64,000 nucleotides of DNA from contig OZ024741.1 of NCBI GenBank assembly GCA_964016885.1, positions 100,502,001-100,566,000 of the forward strand, given 5' to 3'. The position numbers and the translations under genes were made by a program. This DNA comes from Eledone cirrhosa (lineage: Eukaryota). Positions 28,801 through 44,100 of this stretch are shown here, one piece after another (within the stretch, counting starts at the first letter, position 1; each line of letters starts with the position of its first letter). Below the pieces are notes generated by a model, which made no database searches, was not told the DNA's origin, and saw only the letters and a list, made by a program, of their open reading frames with translations.

Positions 28801-31800
28801 GTTATGTTGTAGTATTTTACATAGGTGGTGCTTTATGTCCTAGTGTGTTATGTTGTAGTGTTTTACATAGGTGGTGCTTTATGACCTAGTGTGTTATGTT
28901 GTAGTATTTTACATATGTGGTGCTTTATGTCCTAGTGTGTTATGTTGTAGTGTTTTACATAGGTGGTGCTTTATGTCCTAGTGTATTATGTTGTATTTTT
29001 TACATAGGTGGTGCTTTATGACCTAGTGTGTTATGTTGTAGTATTTTACATAGGTGGTGTTTTATGTCCTAGTGTGTTATGTTGTAGTGTTTTACATAGG
29101 TTGTGCTTTATGTCCTAGTGTGTTATGTTGTAGTGTTTTACAAAAGTGGTTCTTTATGTCCTAGTGTGTTATGTTGTAGTATTTTACATAGGTGGTGCTT
29201 TATGTCCTAGTGTGTTATGTTGTAGTGTTTTACATAGGTGGTGCTTTATGACCTAGTGTGTTATGTTGTAGTATTTTACATATGTGGTGCTTTATGTCCT
29301 AGTGTGTTATGTTGTAGTGTTTTACATAGGTGGTGCTTTATGTCCTAGTGTATTATGTTGTATTTTTTACATAGGTGGTGCTTTATGTCCTAGTGTGTTA
29401 TGTTGTAGTGTTTTACATAGGTGCTGCTTTATGTCCTAGTGACTTATGTTGTAGTGTTTTACATAGTTGGTGCTTTATGTCCTAGTGTGTTATGTTGTAG
29501 TGTTTTACATAGGTGCTGCTTTATGTCCTAGTGACTTATGTTGTAGTGTTTTACATAGTTGGTGCTTTATGTCCTAGTGTGTTATGTTGTAGTGTTTTAC
29601 ATAGGTGGTGCTTTATGTCCTAGTGTGTTATGTTGTAGTATTTTACATAGGAGGTGCTTTATGTTCTAGTGTGTTATGTTGTAGTGTTTTACATAGGTGG
29701 TGCTTATGACCTAGTGTGTTATGTTGTAGTGTTTTACATAGGTGGTGCTTTATGTCCTAGTGTATTATGTTCTAGTATTTTACATAGGTGGTGCTTTATG
29801 TCCTAGTGTGTTATGTTGTAGTATTTTACATAGAAGGTGCTTAATGTCCTAGTGTATTATGTTGTAGTGTTTTACATAGGTGGTGCTTTATTTCCTAGTG
29901 TGTTATGTTGTAGTGTTTTACATAGGTGGTGCTTTATGTCCTAGTGTGTTATGTTGTAGTGTTTTCCATAGGTGGTGCTTTATGTCCTAGTGTGTTATGT
30001 TGTAGTATTTTACATAGGTGGTGCTTAATGTCCTAGTGTGTTATATTGTAGTATTTTACATAGGTGGTGCTTTATCTCCTAGTGTGTTATGTTGTAGTGT
30101 TTTCCATATGTGGTGCTTTATGTCCTAGTGTGTTATGTTGTAGTATTTTACATAGGTGGTGCTTTATGTCCTAGTGTGTTATGTTGTAGTGTTTTACATA
30201 GGTGGTGCTTTATGTCCTAGTGTGTTATGTTGTAGTATTTTACATAGGTGGTGCTTTATGTCCTAGTGTGTTATGTTGTAGTATTTTACATAGGTGGTGC
30301 TTTATGTCCTAGTGTGTTATCTTGTAGTGTTTTACATAGGTGGTGCTTTATGTCCTAGTGTGTTATGTTGTAGTATTTTACATAGGTGGTCCTTTATGTC
30401 CTAGTGTGTTATGTTGTAGTGTTTTACATAGGTGGTGCTTTATGTCCTAGTGTGTTATGTTGTAGTATTTTACATAGGTGGTGCTTTATGTCATAGTGTA
30501 TTATGTTGTAGAGTTTTACATAGGTTGTGCTTTATGTCCTAGTGTGTTATGTTGTAGTATTTTACATAGGTGGTGCTTTATGTCATAGTGTATTATGTTG
30601 TAGAGTTTTACATAGGTTGTGCTTTATGTCCTAGTGTGTTAAGTTGTAGTATTTTACATAGGTGGTGCTTTATGTCCTAGTGTGTTATGTTGTAGTGTTT
30701 TACATAGGTTGTGCTTTATGTCCTTGTGTGTTATGTTGTAGTGTTTTACATAAGTGGTTCTTTATGTCCTAGTGTGTTATGTTGTAGTATTTTACATAGG
30801 TTGTGCTTTATGTCCTAGTGTGTTATGTTGTAGTGTTTTACATAAGTGGTTCTTTATGTCCTAGTGTGTTATGTTGTAGTATTTTACATAGGTGGTGCTT
30901 TATGTCCTAGTGTGTTATGTTGTAGTGTTTTACATAGGTAGTGCTTTATGTCCTAGTGTGTTATGCTGTAGTGTTTTACATAGGTGGTGCTTTATCTCCT
31001 AGTGTGTTATGTTGTAGTATTTTACATAGGTGGTGCTTTATGTCCTAGTGTGTTATGTTGTAGTGTTTTACATAGGTGGTGCTTTATGTCCTAGTGTGTT
31101 ATGTTGTAGTATTTTACATAGGTGCTGCTTAATGTCCTAGTGTGTTATATTGTAGTATTTTACATATGTGGTGCTTGATCTCCTAGTGTGTTATGTTGTA
31201 GTGTTTTACATAGGTGGTGCTTTGTGTCCTAGTGTGTTATGTTGTAGTGTTTACATAGGTGGTGCTTTATGTCCTAGTGTGTTATGTTGTAGTATTTTAC
31301 ATAGGTGGTGCTTTATGTCCTAGTGTGTTATATTGTAGTGTTTACATAGGTGGTGCTTTATGACCTAGTGTGTTATGTTGTAGTATTTTACATAGGTGGT
31401 GCTTTATGTCCTAGTGTGTTATGTTGTAGTATTTTACATAGGTGGTGCTTTATGTCCTAGTGTGTTATGTTGTAGTAATTTACATAGGTGGTGCTTTATG
31501 TCCTAGTGTATTATGTTGTAGTGTTTTACATGGGTGGTGCTTTATGTCCTAGTGTGTGATATTGTAGTGTTTGACATAGGTGGTGCTTTATGTCCTAGTG
31601 TGTTATGTTGTAGTATTTTACATAAGTGGTGCTTTATGTCCTAGTGTGTTATGCTGTAATATTTTACATAGGTGGTGCTTAATGTCCTAGTGTGTTATGT
31701 TGTAGTGTTTTACATAGGTGGTGCTTTATGTCCTAGTGTGTTATGTTGTAGCATTTTACATAGGTGGTGCTTTATGTCCTAGTGTGTTATGTGGTAGTGT

Positions 31801-34800
31801 TTTACAAAGGTGGTGCTTTATGACCTTGTGTGTTATGTTGTAGTGTTTTACATAGGTGGTGCTTTATGTCCTAGTGTGTTATGTTGTAGTATTTTACATA
31901 GGTGGTGCTTTATGTCCTAGTGTGTTATGTTGTAGTGTTTTACATAGGTGGTGCTTTATTTCCTAATGTGTTATGTTGTAGTGTTTTACATAGGTGGTGC
32001 TTTATGTCCTAGTGTGTTATGTTGTAGTGTTTTACATAGGTGGTGCTTTATGACCTAGTGTGTTATGTTGTAGTATTTTACATAGGTGGTGTTTTATGTC
32101 CTAGTGTGTTATGTTGTAGTGTTTTACATAGGTTGTGCTTTATGTCCTAGTGTGTTATGTTGTAGTGTTTTACAAAAGTGGTTCTTTATGTCCTAGTGTG
32201 TTATGTTGTAGTATTTTACATAGGTGGTGCTTTATGTCCTAGTGTGTTATGTTGTAGTGTTTTACATAGGTAGTGCTTTATGTCCTAGTGTGTTATGTTG
32301 TAGTGTTTTACATAGGTGGTGCTTTATCTCCTAGTGTGTTATGTTGTAGTATTTTACATAGGTGGTGCTTTATGTCCTAGTGTGTTATGTTGTAGTGTTT
32401 TACATAGGTGGTGCTTTATGTCCTAGTGTGTTATGTTGTAGTATTTTACATAGGTGCTGCTTAATGTCCTAGTGTGTTATATTGTAGTATTTTACATAGG
32501 TGGTGCTTGATCTCCTAGTGTGTTATGTTGTAGTGTTTTACACAGGTGGTGCTTTATATCCTAGTATGTTATGTTGTAGTGTTTTACATAGGTGCTGCGT
32601 TATGTCCTAATGTGCTATGTTGTAGAGTTTACATAGGTGGTGCTTTATGTCCTAGTGTGTTATGTTGTAGTGTTTTACATAGGTGGTGCTTTATGTCCTA
32701 GTGTGTTATGTTCTAGTATTTTACATAGGTGGTGCTTTATGTCCTAGTGTGTTATGTTGTAGTGTTTTACATAGGTGGTGCTTTATGTCCTTGTGTGTTA
32801 TGTTGTAGTATTTTACATAGGTGGTGCTTTATGTCCTAGTGTGTTATGTTGTAGTATTTTACATAGGGGGTGCTTTATGTCCTAGTGTGTTATGTTGTAG
32901 TGTTTTACATAGGTGGTGCTTTATGTCCTAGTGTGTTATGTTGTAGTATTTTACATAGGGGGTGCTTTATGTCCTAGTGTGTTATGTTGTAGTGTTTTAC
33001 ATAGGTGGTGCTTTATTTCCTAATGTGTTATGTTGTAGTGTTTTACATAGGTGGTGCTTTATGTCCTAGTGTGTTATGTTGTAGTGTTTTACATAGGTGG
33101 TGCTTTATGACCTAGTGTGTTATGTTGTAGTATTTTACATAGGTGGTGTTTTATGTCCTAGTGTGTTATGTTGTAGTGTTTTACATAGGTTGTGCTTTAT
33201 GTCCTAGTGTGTTATGTTGTAGTGTTTTACATAAGTGGTTCTTTATGTCCTAGTGTGTTATGTTGTAGTATTTTACATAGGTGGTGCTTTATGTCCTAGT
33301 GTGTTATGTTGTAGTGTTTTACATAGGTAGTGCTTTATGTCCTAGTGTGTTATGTTGTAGTGTTTTACATAGGTGGTGCTTTATCTCCTAGTGTGTTATG
33401 TTGTAGTATTTTACATAGGTGGTGCTTTATGTCCTAGTGTGTTATGTTGTAGTGTTTTACATAGGTGGTGCTTTATGTCCTAGTGTGTTATGTTGTAGTA
33501 TTTTACATAGGTGCTGCTTAATGTCCTAGTGTGTTATATTGTAGTATTTTACATAGGTGGTGCTTTATCTCCTAGTGTGTTATGTTGTAGTGTTTTACAC
33601 AGGTGGTGCTTTATGTCCTAGTATGTTATGTTGTAGTGTTTTACATAGGTGCTGCGTTATGTCCTAATGTGCTATGTTGTAGAGTTTACATAGGTGGTGC
33701 TTTATGTCCTAGTGTGTTATGTTGTAGTGTTTTACATAGGTGGTGCTTTATGTCCTAGTGTGTTATGTTGTAGTGTTTTACATAGGTGGTGCTTTATGTC
33801 CTTGTGTGTTATGTTGTAGTATTTTACATAGGTGGTGCTTTATGTCCTAGTGTGTTATGTTGTAGTATTTTACATAGGGGGTGCTTTATGTCCTAGTGTG
33901 TTATGTTGTAGTGTTTTACATAGGTGGTGCTTTATGTCCTAGTGTGTTATGTTGTAGTATTTTACATAGGGGGTGCTTTATGTCCTAGTGTGTTATGTTG
34001 TAGTGTTTTACATAGGTGGTGCTTTATGTCCTAGTGTGTTATGTTGTAGTATTTTACATAGGGGGTGCTTTATGTCCTAGTGTGTTATGTTGTAGTGTTT
34101 TACATAGGTGGTGCTTTATGTCCTAGTGTGTTATGTTGTAGTGTTTTACATAGGTGGTGCTTTATGTCCTAGTGTGTTATATTGTAGTGTTTACATAGGT
34201 GGTGCTTTATGTCCTAGTGTGTTATGTTGTAGTGTTTTACATAGGTGGTGCTTTATGTCCTAGTGTGTTATGTTGTAGTATTTTACATAGGTGCTGCTTA
34301 ATGTCCTAGTGTGTTATATTGTATTATTTTACATAGGTGGTGCTTTATCTCCTAGTGTGTTATGTTGTAGTGTTTTACATAGGTGGTGCTTTATGTCATA
34401 GTATGTTATGTTGTAGTGTTTTACATAGGTGCTGCGTTATGTCCTAATGTGCTATGTTGTAGAGTTTACATAGGTCGTGCTTTATGTCCTAGTGTGTTAT
34501 GTTGTAGTGTTTTACATAGGTGGTGCTTTATGTCCTAGTGTGTTATGTTGTAGTATTTTACAAAATGGGGTGCTTTATGTCCTAGTGTGTTATGTTGTAG
34601 TGTTTTACATAGGTGGTGCTTTATGTCCTAGTGTGTTATGTTGTAGTGTTTTACATAGGTGGTGCTTTATGTCCTAGTGTGTTATGTTGTAGTATTTTAC
34701 ATAGGTGGTGCTTTATCTCCTAGTGTGTTATGTTGTATTGTTTTACTTAGGTGGTGCTTTATGTCCTAGTGTGTTATGTTGTAGTATTTTACATAGGTGG

Positions 34801-35165
34801 TGCTTTATGTCCTAGTGTGTTATGTTGTAGTGTTTTACATAGGTGGTGCTTTATTTCCTAATGTGTTATGTTGTAGTGTTTTACATAGGTGGTGCTTTAT
34901 GTCCTAGTGTGTTATGTTGTAGTGTTTTACATAGGTGGTGCTTTATGACCTAGTGTGTTATGTTGTAGTATTTTACATAGGTGGTGTTTTATGTCCTAGT
35001 GTGTTATGTTGTAGTGTTTTACATAGGTTGTGCTTTATGTCCTAGTGTGTTATGTTGTAGTGTTTTACAAAAGTGGTTCTTTATGTCCTAGTGTGTTATG
35101 TTGTAGTATTTTACATAGGTGGTGCTTTATGTCCTAGTGTGTTATGTTGTAGTGTTTTACATAGG
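22900..35165. repeat. About 6 kb block duplicated at offset 6294 bp (about 137 monomers) inside the satellite
   Basis: GACT of the AGTGACTTA variant at 23147 and 29441; ACAAAAGTGGTTCT at 28773 and 35067. Boundaries approximate. Confidence 0.8.
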
Positions 35166-38100
35166 TAGTGCTTTATGTCCTAGTGTGTTATGTTGTAGTG
35201 TTTTACATAGGTGGTGCTTTATCTCCTAGTGTGTTATGTTGTAGTATTTTACATAGGTGGTGCTTTATGTCCTAGTGTGTTATGTTGTAGTGTTTTACAT
35301 AGGTGGTGCTTTATGTCCTAGTGTGTTATGTTGTAGTATTTTACATAGGTGCTGCTTAATGTCCTAGTGTGTTATATTGTAGTATTTTACATAGGTGGTG
35401 CTTGATCTCCTAGTGTGTTATGTTGTAGTGTTTTACACAGGTGGTGCTTTATATCCTAGTATGTTATGTTGTAGTGTTTTACATAGGTGCTGCGTTATGT
35501 CCTAATGTGCTATGTTGTAGAGTTTACATAGGTGGTGCTTTATGTCCTAGTGTGTTATGTTGTAGTGTTTTACATAGGTGGTGCTTTATGTCCTAGTGTG
35601 TTATGTTCTAGTATTTTACATAGGTGGTGCTTTATGTCCTAGTGTGTTATGTTGTAGTGTTTTACATAGGTGGTGCTTTATGTCCTTGTGTGTTATGTTG
35701 TAGTATTTTACATAGGTGGTGCTTTATGTCCTAGTGTGTTATGTTGTAGTATTTTACATAGGGGGTGCTTTATGTCCTAGTGTGTTATGTTGTAGTGTTT
35801 TACATAGGTGGTGCTTTATGTCCTAGTGTGTTATGTTGTAGTATTTTACATAGGGGGTGCTTTATGTCCTAGTGTGTTATGTTGTAGTGTTTTACATAGG
35901 TGGTGCTTTATTTCCTAATGTGTTATGTTGTAGTGTTTTACATAGGTGGTGCTTTATGTCCTAGTGTGTTATGTTGTAGTGTTTTACATAGGTGGTGCTT
36001 TATGACCTAGTGTGTTATGTTGTAGTATTTTACATAGGTGGTATTTTATGTCCTAGTGTGTTATGTTGTAGTGTTTTACATAGGTTGTGCTTTATGTCCT
36101 AGTGTGTTATGTTGTAGTGTTTTACATAAGTGGTTCTTTATGTCCTAGTGTGTTATGTTGTAGTATTTTACATAGGTGGTGCTTTATGTCCTAGTGTGTT
36201 ATGTTGTAGTGTTTTACATAGGTAGTGCTTTATGTCCTAGTGTGTTATGTTGTAGTGTTTTACATAGGTGGTGCTTTATCTCCTAGTGTGTTATGTTGTA
36301 GTATTTTACATAGGTGGTGCTTTATGTCCTAGTGTGTTATGTTGTAGTGTTTTACATAGGTGGTGCTTTATGTCCTAGTGTGTTATGTTGTAGTATTTTA
36401 CATAGGTGCTGCTTAATGTCCTAGTGTGTTATATTGTAGTATTTTACATAGGTGGTGCTTTATCTCCTAGTGTGTTATGTTGTAGTGTTTTACACAGGTG
36501 GTGCTTTATGTCCTAGTATGTTATGTTGTAGTGTTTTACATAGGTGCTGCGTTATGTCCTAATGTGCTATGTTGTAGAGTTTACATAGGTGGTGCTTTAT
36601 GTCCTAGTGTGTTATGTTGTAGTGTTTTACATAGGTGGTGCTTTATGTCCTAGTGTGTTATGTTGTAGTGTTTTACATAGGTGGTGCTTTATGTCCTTGT
36701 GTGTTATGTTGTAGTATTTTACATAGGTGGTGCTTTATGTCCTAGTGTGTTATGTTGTAGTATTTTACATAGGGGGTGCTTTATGTCCTAGTGTGTTATG
36801 TTGTAGTGTTTTACATAGGTGGTGCTTTATGTCCTAGTGTGTTATGTTGTAGTATTTTACATAGGGGGTGCTTTATGTCCTAGTGTGTTATGTTGTAGTG
36901 TTTTACATAGGTGGTGCTTTATGTCCTAGTGTGTTATGTTGTAGTATTTTACATAGGGGGTGCTTTATGTCCTAGTGTGTTATGTTGTAGTGTTTTACAT
37001 AGGTGGTGCTTTATGTCCTAGTGTGTTATGTTGTAGTGTTTTACATAGGTGGTGCTTTATGTCCTAGTGTGTTATATTGTAGTGTTTACATAGGTGGTGC
37101 TTTATGTCCTAGTGTGTTATGTTGTAGTGTTTTACATAGGTGGTGCTTTATGTCCTAGTGTGTTATGTTGTAGTATTTTACATAGGTGCTGCTTAATGTC
37201 CTAGTGTGTTATATTGTATTATTTTACATAGGTGGTGCTTTATCTCCTAGTGTGTTATGTTGTAGTGTTTTACATAGGTGGTGCTTTATGTCATAGTATG
37301 TTATGTTGTAGTGTTTTACATAGGTGCTGCGTTATGTCCTAATGTGCTATGTTGTAGAGTTTACATAGGTGGTGCTTTATGTCCTAGTGTGTTATGTTGT
37401 AGTGTTTTACATAGGTGGTGCTTTATGTCCTAGTGTGTTATGTTGTAGTATTTTACAAAATGGGGTGCTTTATGTCCTAGTGTGTTATGTTGTAGTGTTT
37501 TACATAGGTGGTGCTTTATGTCCTAGTGTGTTATGTTGTAGTGTTTTACATAGGTGGTGCTTTATGTCCTAGTGTGTTATGTTGTAGTATTTTACATAGG
37601 TGGTGCTTTATCTCCTAGTGTGTTATGTTGTATTGTTTTACTTAGGTGGTGCTTTATGTCCTAGTGTGTTATGTTGTAGTGTTTTACATAGGTGGTGCTT
37701 TATGTCCTAGTGTGTTATGTTGTAGTATTTTACATAGGTGGTGCTTTATGTCCTAGTGTGTTATGTTGTAGCACTTTACATAGGTGGTGCTTTATGACCT
37801 AGTGTGTTATGTTGTAGTATTTTACATATGTGGTGCTTTATGTCCTAGTGTGTTATGTTGTAGTGTTTTAAATAGGTGGTGCTTTATGTCCTAGTGGGTT
37901 ATGTTGTAGTGTTTTACATAGGTGGTGCTTTATGTCCTAGTGTGTTATGTTGTAGTGTTTTACATAGGTGGTGCTTTATGTCCTAGTGTATTATGTTGTA
38001 GTGTTTTACATATGTGCTGCTTTATGTCCTAGTGTGTTATGTTGTAGTGTTTTACATAGGTGGTGCTTTATGTCCTAGTGTGTTATGTTGTAGTGTTTTA

Positions 38101-41100
38101 CATAGGTGGTGCTTTATGTCCTAGTGTGTTATGTTGTAGTGTTTTACATAGGTGGTGCTTTATGTCCTAGTGTGTTATGTTGTAGTATTTTACATAGGTG
38201 CTGCTTAATGTCCTAGTGTGTTATATTGTAGTATTTTACATAGGTGGTGCTTTATCTCCTAGTGTGTTATGTTGTAGTGTTTTACACAGGTGGTGCTTTA
38301 TGTCCTAGTATGTTATGTTGTAGTGTTTTACATAGGTGCTGCGTTATGTCCTAATGTGCTATGTTGTAGAGTTTACATAGGTGGTGCTTTATGTCCTAGT
38401 GTGTTATGTTGTAGTGTTTTACATAGGTGGTGCTTTATGTCCTAGTGTGTTATGTTGTAGTGTTTTACATAGGTGGTGCTTTATGTCCTTGTGTGTTATG
38501 TTGTAGTATTTTACATAGGTGGTGCTTTATGTCCTAGTGTGTTATGTTGTAGTATTTTACATAGGGGGTGCTTTATGTCCTAGTGTGTTATGTTGTAGTG
38601 TTTTACATAGGTGGTGCTTTATGTCCTAGTGTGTTATGTTGTAGTATTTTACATAGGGGGTGCTTTATGTCCTAGTGTGTTATGTTGTAGTGTTTTACAT
38701 AGGTGGTGCTTTATGTCCTAGTGTGTTATGTTGTAGTATTTTACATAGGGGGTGCTTTATGTCCTAGTGTGTTATGTTGTAGTGTTTTACATAGGTGGTG
38801 CTTTATGTCCTAGTGTGTTATGTTGTAGTGTTTTACATAGGTGGTGCTTTATGTCCTAGTGTGTTATATTGTAGTGTTTACATAGGTGGTGCTTTATGTC
38901 CTAGTGTGTTATGTTGTAGTGTTTTACATAGGTGGTGCTTTATGTCCTAGTGTGTTATGTTGTAGTATTTTACATAGGTGCTGCTTAATGTCCTAGTGTG
39001 TTATATTGTATTATTTTACATAGGTGGTGCTTTATCTCCTAGTGTGTTATGTTGTAGTGTTTTACATAGGTGGTGCTTTATGTCATAGTATGTTATGTTG
39101 TAGTGTTTTACATAGGTGCTGCGTTATGTCCTAATGTGCTATGTTGTAGAGTTTACATAGGTGGTGCTTTATGTCCTAGTGTGTTATGTTGTAGTGTTTT
39201 ACATAGGTGGTGCTTTATGTCCTAGTGTGTTATGTTGTAGTATTTTACAAAATGGGGTGCTTTATGTCCTAGTGTGTTATGTTGTAGTGTTTTACATAGG
39301 TGGTGCTTTATGTCCTAGTGTGTTATGTTGTAGTGTTTTACATAGGTGGTGCTTTATGTCCTAGTGTGTTATGTTGTAGTATTTTACATAGGTGGTGCTT
39401 TATCTCCTAGTGTGTTATGTTGTATTGTTTTACTTAGGTGGTGCTTTATGTCCTAGTGTGTTATGTTGTAGTGTTTTACATAGGTGGTGCTTTATGTCCT
39501 AGTGTGTTATGTTGTAGTATTTTACATAGGTGGTGCTTTATGTCCTAGTGTGTTATGTTGTAGCACTTTACATAGGTGGTGCTTTATGACCTAGTGTGTT
39601 ATGTTGTAGTATTTTACATATGTGGTGCTTTATGTCCTAGTGTGTTATGTTGTAGTGTTTTAAATAGGTGGTGCTTTATGTCCTAGTGGGTTATGTTGTA
39701 GTGTTTTACATAGGTGGTGCTTTATGTCCTAGTGTGTTATGTTGTAGTGTTTTACATAGGTGGTGCTTTATGACCTAGTGTATTATGTTGTAGTGTTTTA
39801 CATATGTGCTGCTTTATGTCCTAGTGTGTTATGTTGTAGTGTTTTACATAGGTGGTGCTTTATGTCCTAGTGTGTTATGTTGTAGTGTTTTACATAGGTG
39901 GTGCTTTATGTCCTAGTGTGTTATGTTGTAGTGTTTTACATAGGTGGTGCTTTATGACCTAGTGTGTTATGTTGTAGTATTTTACATATGTGGTGCTTTA
40001 TGTCCTAGTGTGTTATGTTGTAGTGTTTTACATAGGTGGTGCTTTATGTCCTAGTGTATTATGTTGTATTTTTTACATAGGTGGTGCTTTATGTCCTAGT
40101 GTGTTATGTTGTAGTGTTTTACATAGGTGCTGCTTTATGTCCTAGTGACTTATGTTGTAGTGTTTTACATAGTTGGTGCTTTATGTCCTAGTGTGTTATG
40201 TTGTAGTGTTTTACATAGGTGCTGCTTTATGTCCTAGTGACTTATGTTGTAGTGTTTTACATAGTTGGTGCTTTATGTCCTAGTGTGTTATGTTGTAGTG
40301 TTTTACATAGGTGGTGCTTTATGTCCTAGTGTGTTATGTTGTAGTATTTTACATAGGAGGTGCTTTATGTTCTAGTGTGTTATGTTGTAGTGTTTTACAT
40401 AGGTGGTGCTTATGACCTAGTGTGTTATGTTGTAGTGTTTTACATAGGTGGTGCTTTATGTCCTAGTGTATTATGTTCTAGTATTTTACATAGGTGGTGC
40501 TTTATGTCCTAGTGTGTTATGTTGTAGTATTTTACATAGAAGGTGCTTAATGTCCTAGTGTATTATGTTGTAGTGTTTTACATAGGTGGTGCTTTATTTC
40601 CTAGTGTGTTATGTTGTAGTGTTTTACATAGGTGGTGCTTTATGTCCTAGTGTGTTATGTTGTAGTGTTTTCCATAGGTGGTGCTTTATGTCCTAGTGTG
40701 TTATGTTGTAGTATTTTACATAGGTGGTGCTTAATGTCCTAGTGTGTTATATTGTAGTATTTTACATAGGTGGTGCTTTATGTCCTAGTGTGTTATGTTG
40801 TAGTATTTTACATAGGTGCTGCTTAATGTCCTAGTGTGTTATATTGTAGTATTTTACATAGGTGGTGCTTTATCTCCTAGTGTGTTATGTTGTAGTGTTT
40901 TACACAGGTGGTGCTTTATGTCCTAGTATGTTATGTTGTAGTGTTTTACATAGGTGCTGCGTTATGTCCTAATGTGCTATGTTGTAGAGTTTACATAGGT
41001 GGTGCTTTATGTCCTAGTGTGTTATGTTGTAGTGTTTTACATAGGTGGTGCTTTATGTCCTAGTGTGTTATGTTGTAGTGTTTTACATAGGTGGTGCTTT

Positions 41101-44100
41101 ATGTCCTTGTGTGTTATGTTGTAGTATTTTACATAGGTGGTGCTTTATGTCCTAGTGTGTTATGTTGTAGTATTTTACATAGGGGGTGCTTTATGTCCTA
41201 GTGTGTTATGTTGTAGTGTTTTACATAGGTGGTGCTTTATGTCCTAGTGTGTTATGTTGTAGTATTTTACATAGGGGGTGCTTTATGTCCTAGTGTGTTA
41301 TGTTGTAGTGTTTTACATAGGTGGTGCTTTATGTCCTAGTGTGTTATGTTGTAGTATTTTACATAGGGGGTGCTTTATGTCCTAGTGTGTTATGTTGTAG
41401 TGTTTTACATAGGTGGTGCTTTATGTCCTAGTGTGTTATGTTGTAGTGTTTTACATAGGTGGTGCTTTATGTCCTAGTGTGTTATATTATAGTGTTTACA
41501 TAGGTGGTGCTTTATGTCCTAGTGTGTTATGTTGTAGTGTTTTACATAGGTGGTGCTTTATGTCCTAGTGTGTTATGTTGTAGTATTTTACATAGGTGCT
41601 GCTTAATGTCCTAGTGTGTTATATTGTATTATTTTACATAGGTGGTGCTTTATCTCCTAGTGTGTTATGTTGTAGTGTTTTACATAGGTGGTGCTTTATG
41701 TCCTAGTATGTTATGTTGTAGTGTTTTACATAGGTGCTGCGTTATGTCCTAATGTGCTATGTTGTAGAGTTTACATAGGTGGTGCTTTATGTCCTAGTGT
41801 GTTATGTTGTAGTGTTTTACATAGGTGGTGCTTTATGTCCTAGTGTGTTATGTTGTAGTATTTTACAAAATGGGGTGCTTTATGTCCTAGTGTGTTATGT
41901 TGTAGTGTTTTACATAGGTGGTGCTTTATGTCCTAGTGTGTTATGTTGTAGTGTTTTACATAGGTGGTGCTTTATGTCCTAGTGTGTTATGTTGTAGTAT
42001 TTTACATAGGTGGTGCTTTATCTCCTAGTGTGTTATGTTGTATTGTTTTACTTAGGTGGTGCTTTATGTCCTAGTGTGTTATGTTGTAGTGTTTTACATA
42101 GGTGGTGCTTTATGTCCTAGTGTGTTATGTTGTAGTATTTTACATAGGTGGTGCTTTATGTCCTAGTGTGTTATGTTGTAGCACTTTACATAGGTGGTGC
42201 TTTATGACCTAGTGTGTTATGTTGTAGTATTTTACATATGTGGTGCTTTATGTCCTAGTGTGTTATGTTGTAGTGTTTTAAATAGGTGGTGCTTTATGTC
42301 CTAGTGGGTTATGTTGTAGTGTTTTACATAGGTGGTGCTTTATGTCCTAGTGTGTTATGTTGTAGTGTTTTACATAGGTGGTGCTTTATGTCCTAGTGTA
42401 TTATGTTGTAGTGTTTTACATATGTGCTGCTTTATGTCCTAGTGTGTTATGTTGTAGTGTTTTACATAGGTGGTGCTTTATGTCCTAGTGTGTTATGTTG
42501 TAGTGTTTTACATAGGTGGTGCTTTATGTCCTAGTGTGTTATGTTGTAGTGTTTTACATAGGTGGTGCTTTATGACCTAGTGTGTTATGTTGTAGTATTT
42601 TACATATGTGGTGCTTTATGTCCTAGTGTGTTATGTTGTAGTGTTTTACATAGGTGGTGCTTTATGTCCTAGTGTATTATGTTGTATTTTTTACATAGGT
42701 GGTGCTTTATGTCCTAGTGTGTTATGTTGTAGTGTTTTACATAGGTGCTGCTTTATGTCCTAGTGACTTATGTTGTAGTGTTTTACATAGTTGGTGCTTT
42801 ATGTCCTAGTGTGTTATGTTGTAGTGTTTTACATAGGTGCTGCTTTATGTCCTAGTGACTTATGTTGTAGTGTTTTACATAGTTGGTGCTTTATGTCCTA
42901 GTGTGTTATGTTGTAGTGTTTTACATAGGTGGTGCTTTATGTCCTAGTGTGTTATGTTGTAGTATTTTACATAGGAGGTGCTTTATGTTCTAGTGTGTTA
43001 TGTTGTAGTGTTTTACATAGGTGGTGCTTATGACCTAGTGTGTTATGTTGTAGTGTTTTACATAGGTGGTGCTTTATGTCCTAGTGTATTATGTTCTAGT
43101 ATTTTACATAGGTGGTGCTTTATGTCCTAGTGTGTTATGTTGTAGTATTTTACATAGAAGGTGCTTAATGTCCTAGTGTATTATGTTGTAGTGTTTTACA
43201 TAGGTGGTGCTTTATTTCCTAGTGTGTTATGTTGTAGTGTTTTACATAGGTGGTGCTTTATGTCCTAGTGTGTTATGTTGTAGTGTTTTCCATAGGTGGT
43301 GCTTTATGTCCTAGTGTGTTATGTTGTAGTATTTTACATAGGTGGTGCTTAATGTCCTAGTGTGTTATATTGTAGTATTTTACATAGGTGGTGCTTTATC
43401 TCCTAGTGTGTTATGTTGTAGTTTTTTCCATATGTGGTGCTTTATGTCCTAGTGTGTTATGTTGTAGTATTTTACATAGGTGGTGCTTTATGTCCTAGTG
43501 TGTTATGTTGTAGTGTTTTACATAGGTGGTGCTTTATGTCCTAGTGTGTTATGTTGTAGTATTTTACATAGGTGGTGCTTTATGTCCTAGTGTGTTATCT
43601 TGTAGTGTTTTACATAGGTGGTGCTTTATGTCCTAGTGTGTTATGTTGTAGTATTTTACATAGGTGGTCCTTTATGTCCTAGTGTGTTATGTTGTAGTGT
43701 TTTACATAGGTGGTGCTTTATGTCCTAGTGTGTTATGTTGTAGTATTTTACATAGGTGGTGCTTTATGTCATAGTGTATTATGTTGTAGAGTTTTACATA
43801 GGTTGTGCTTTATGTCCTAGTGTGTTATGTTGTAGTATTTTACATAGGTGGTGCTTTATGTCATAGTGTATTATGTTGTAGAGTTTTACATAGGTTGTGC
43901 TTTATGTCCTAGTGTGTTATGTTGTAGTATTTTACATAGGTGGTGCTTTATGTCCTAGTGTGTTATGTTGTAGTGTTTTTCATAGGTGGTGCTTTATGTC
44001 CTAGTGTGTTATGTTGTAGTGTTTTACATAGGTGGTGCTTTATGTCCTAGTGTGTTATGTTGTAGTATTTTACATAGGTGGTGCTTTATGTCCTAGTGTA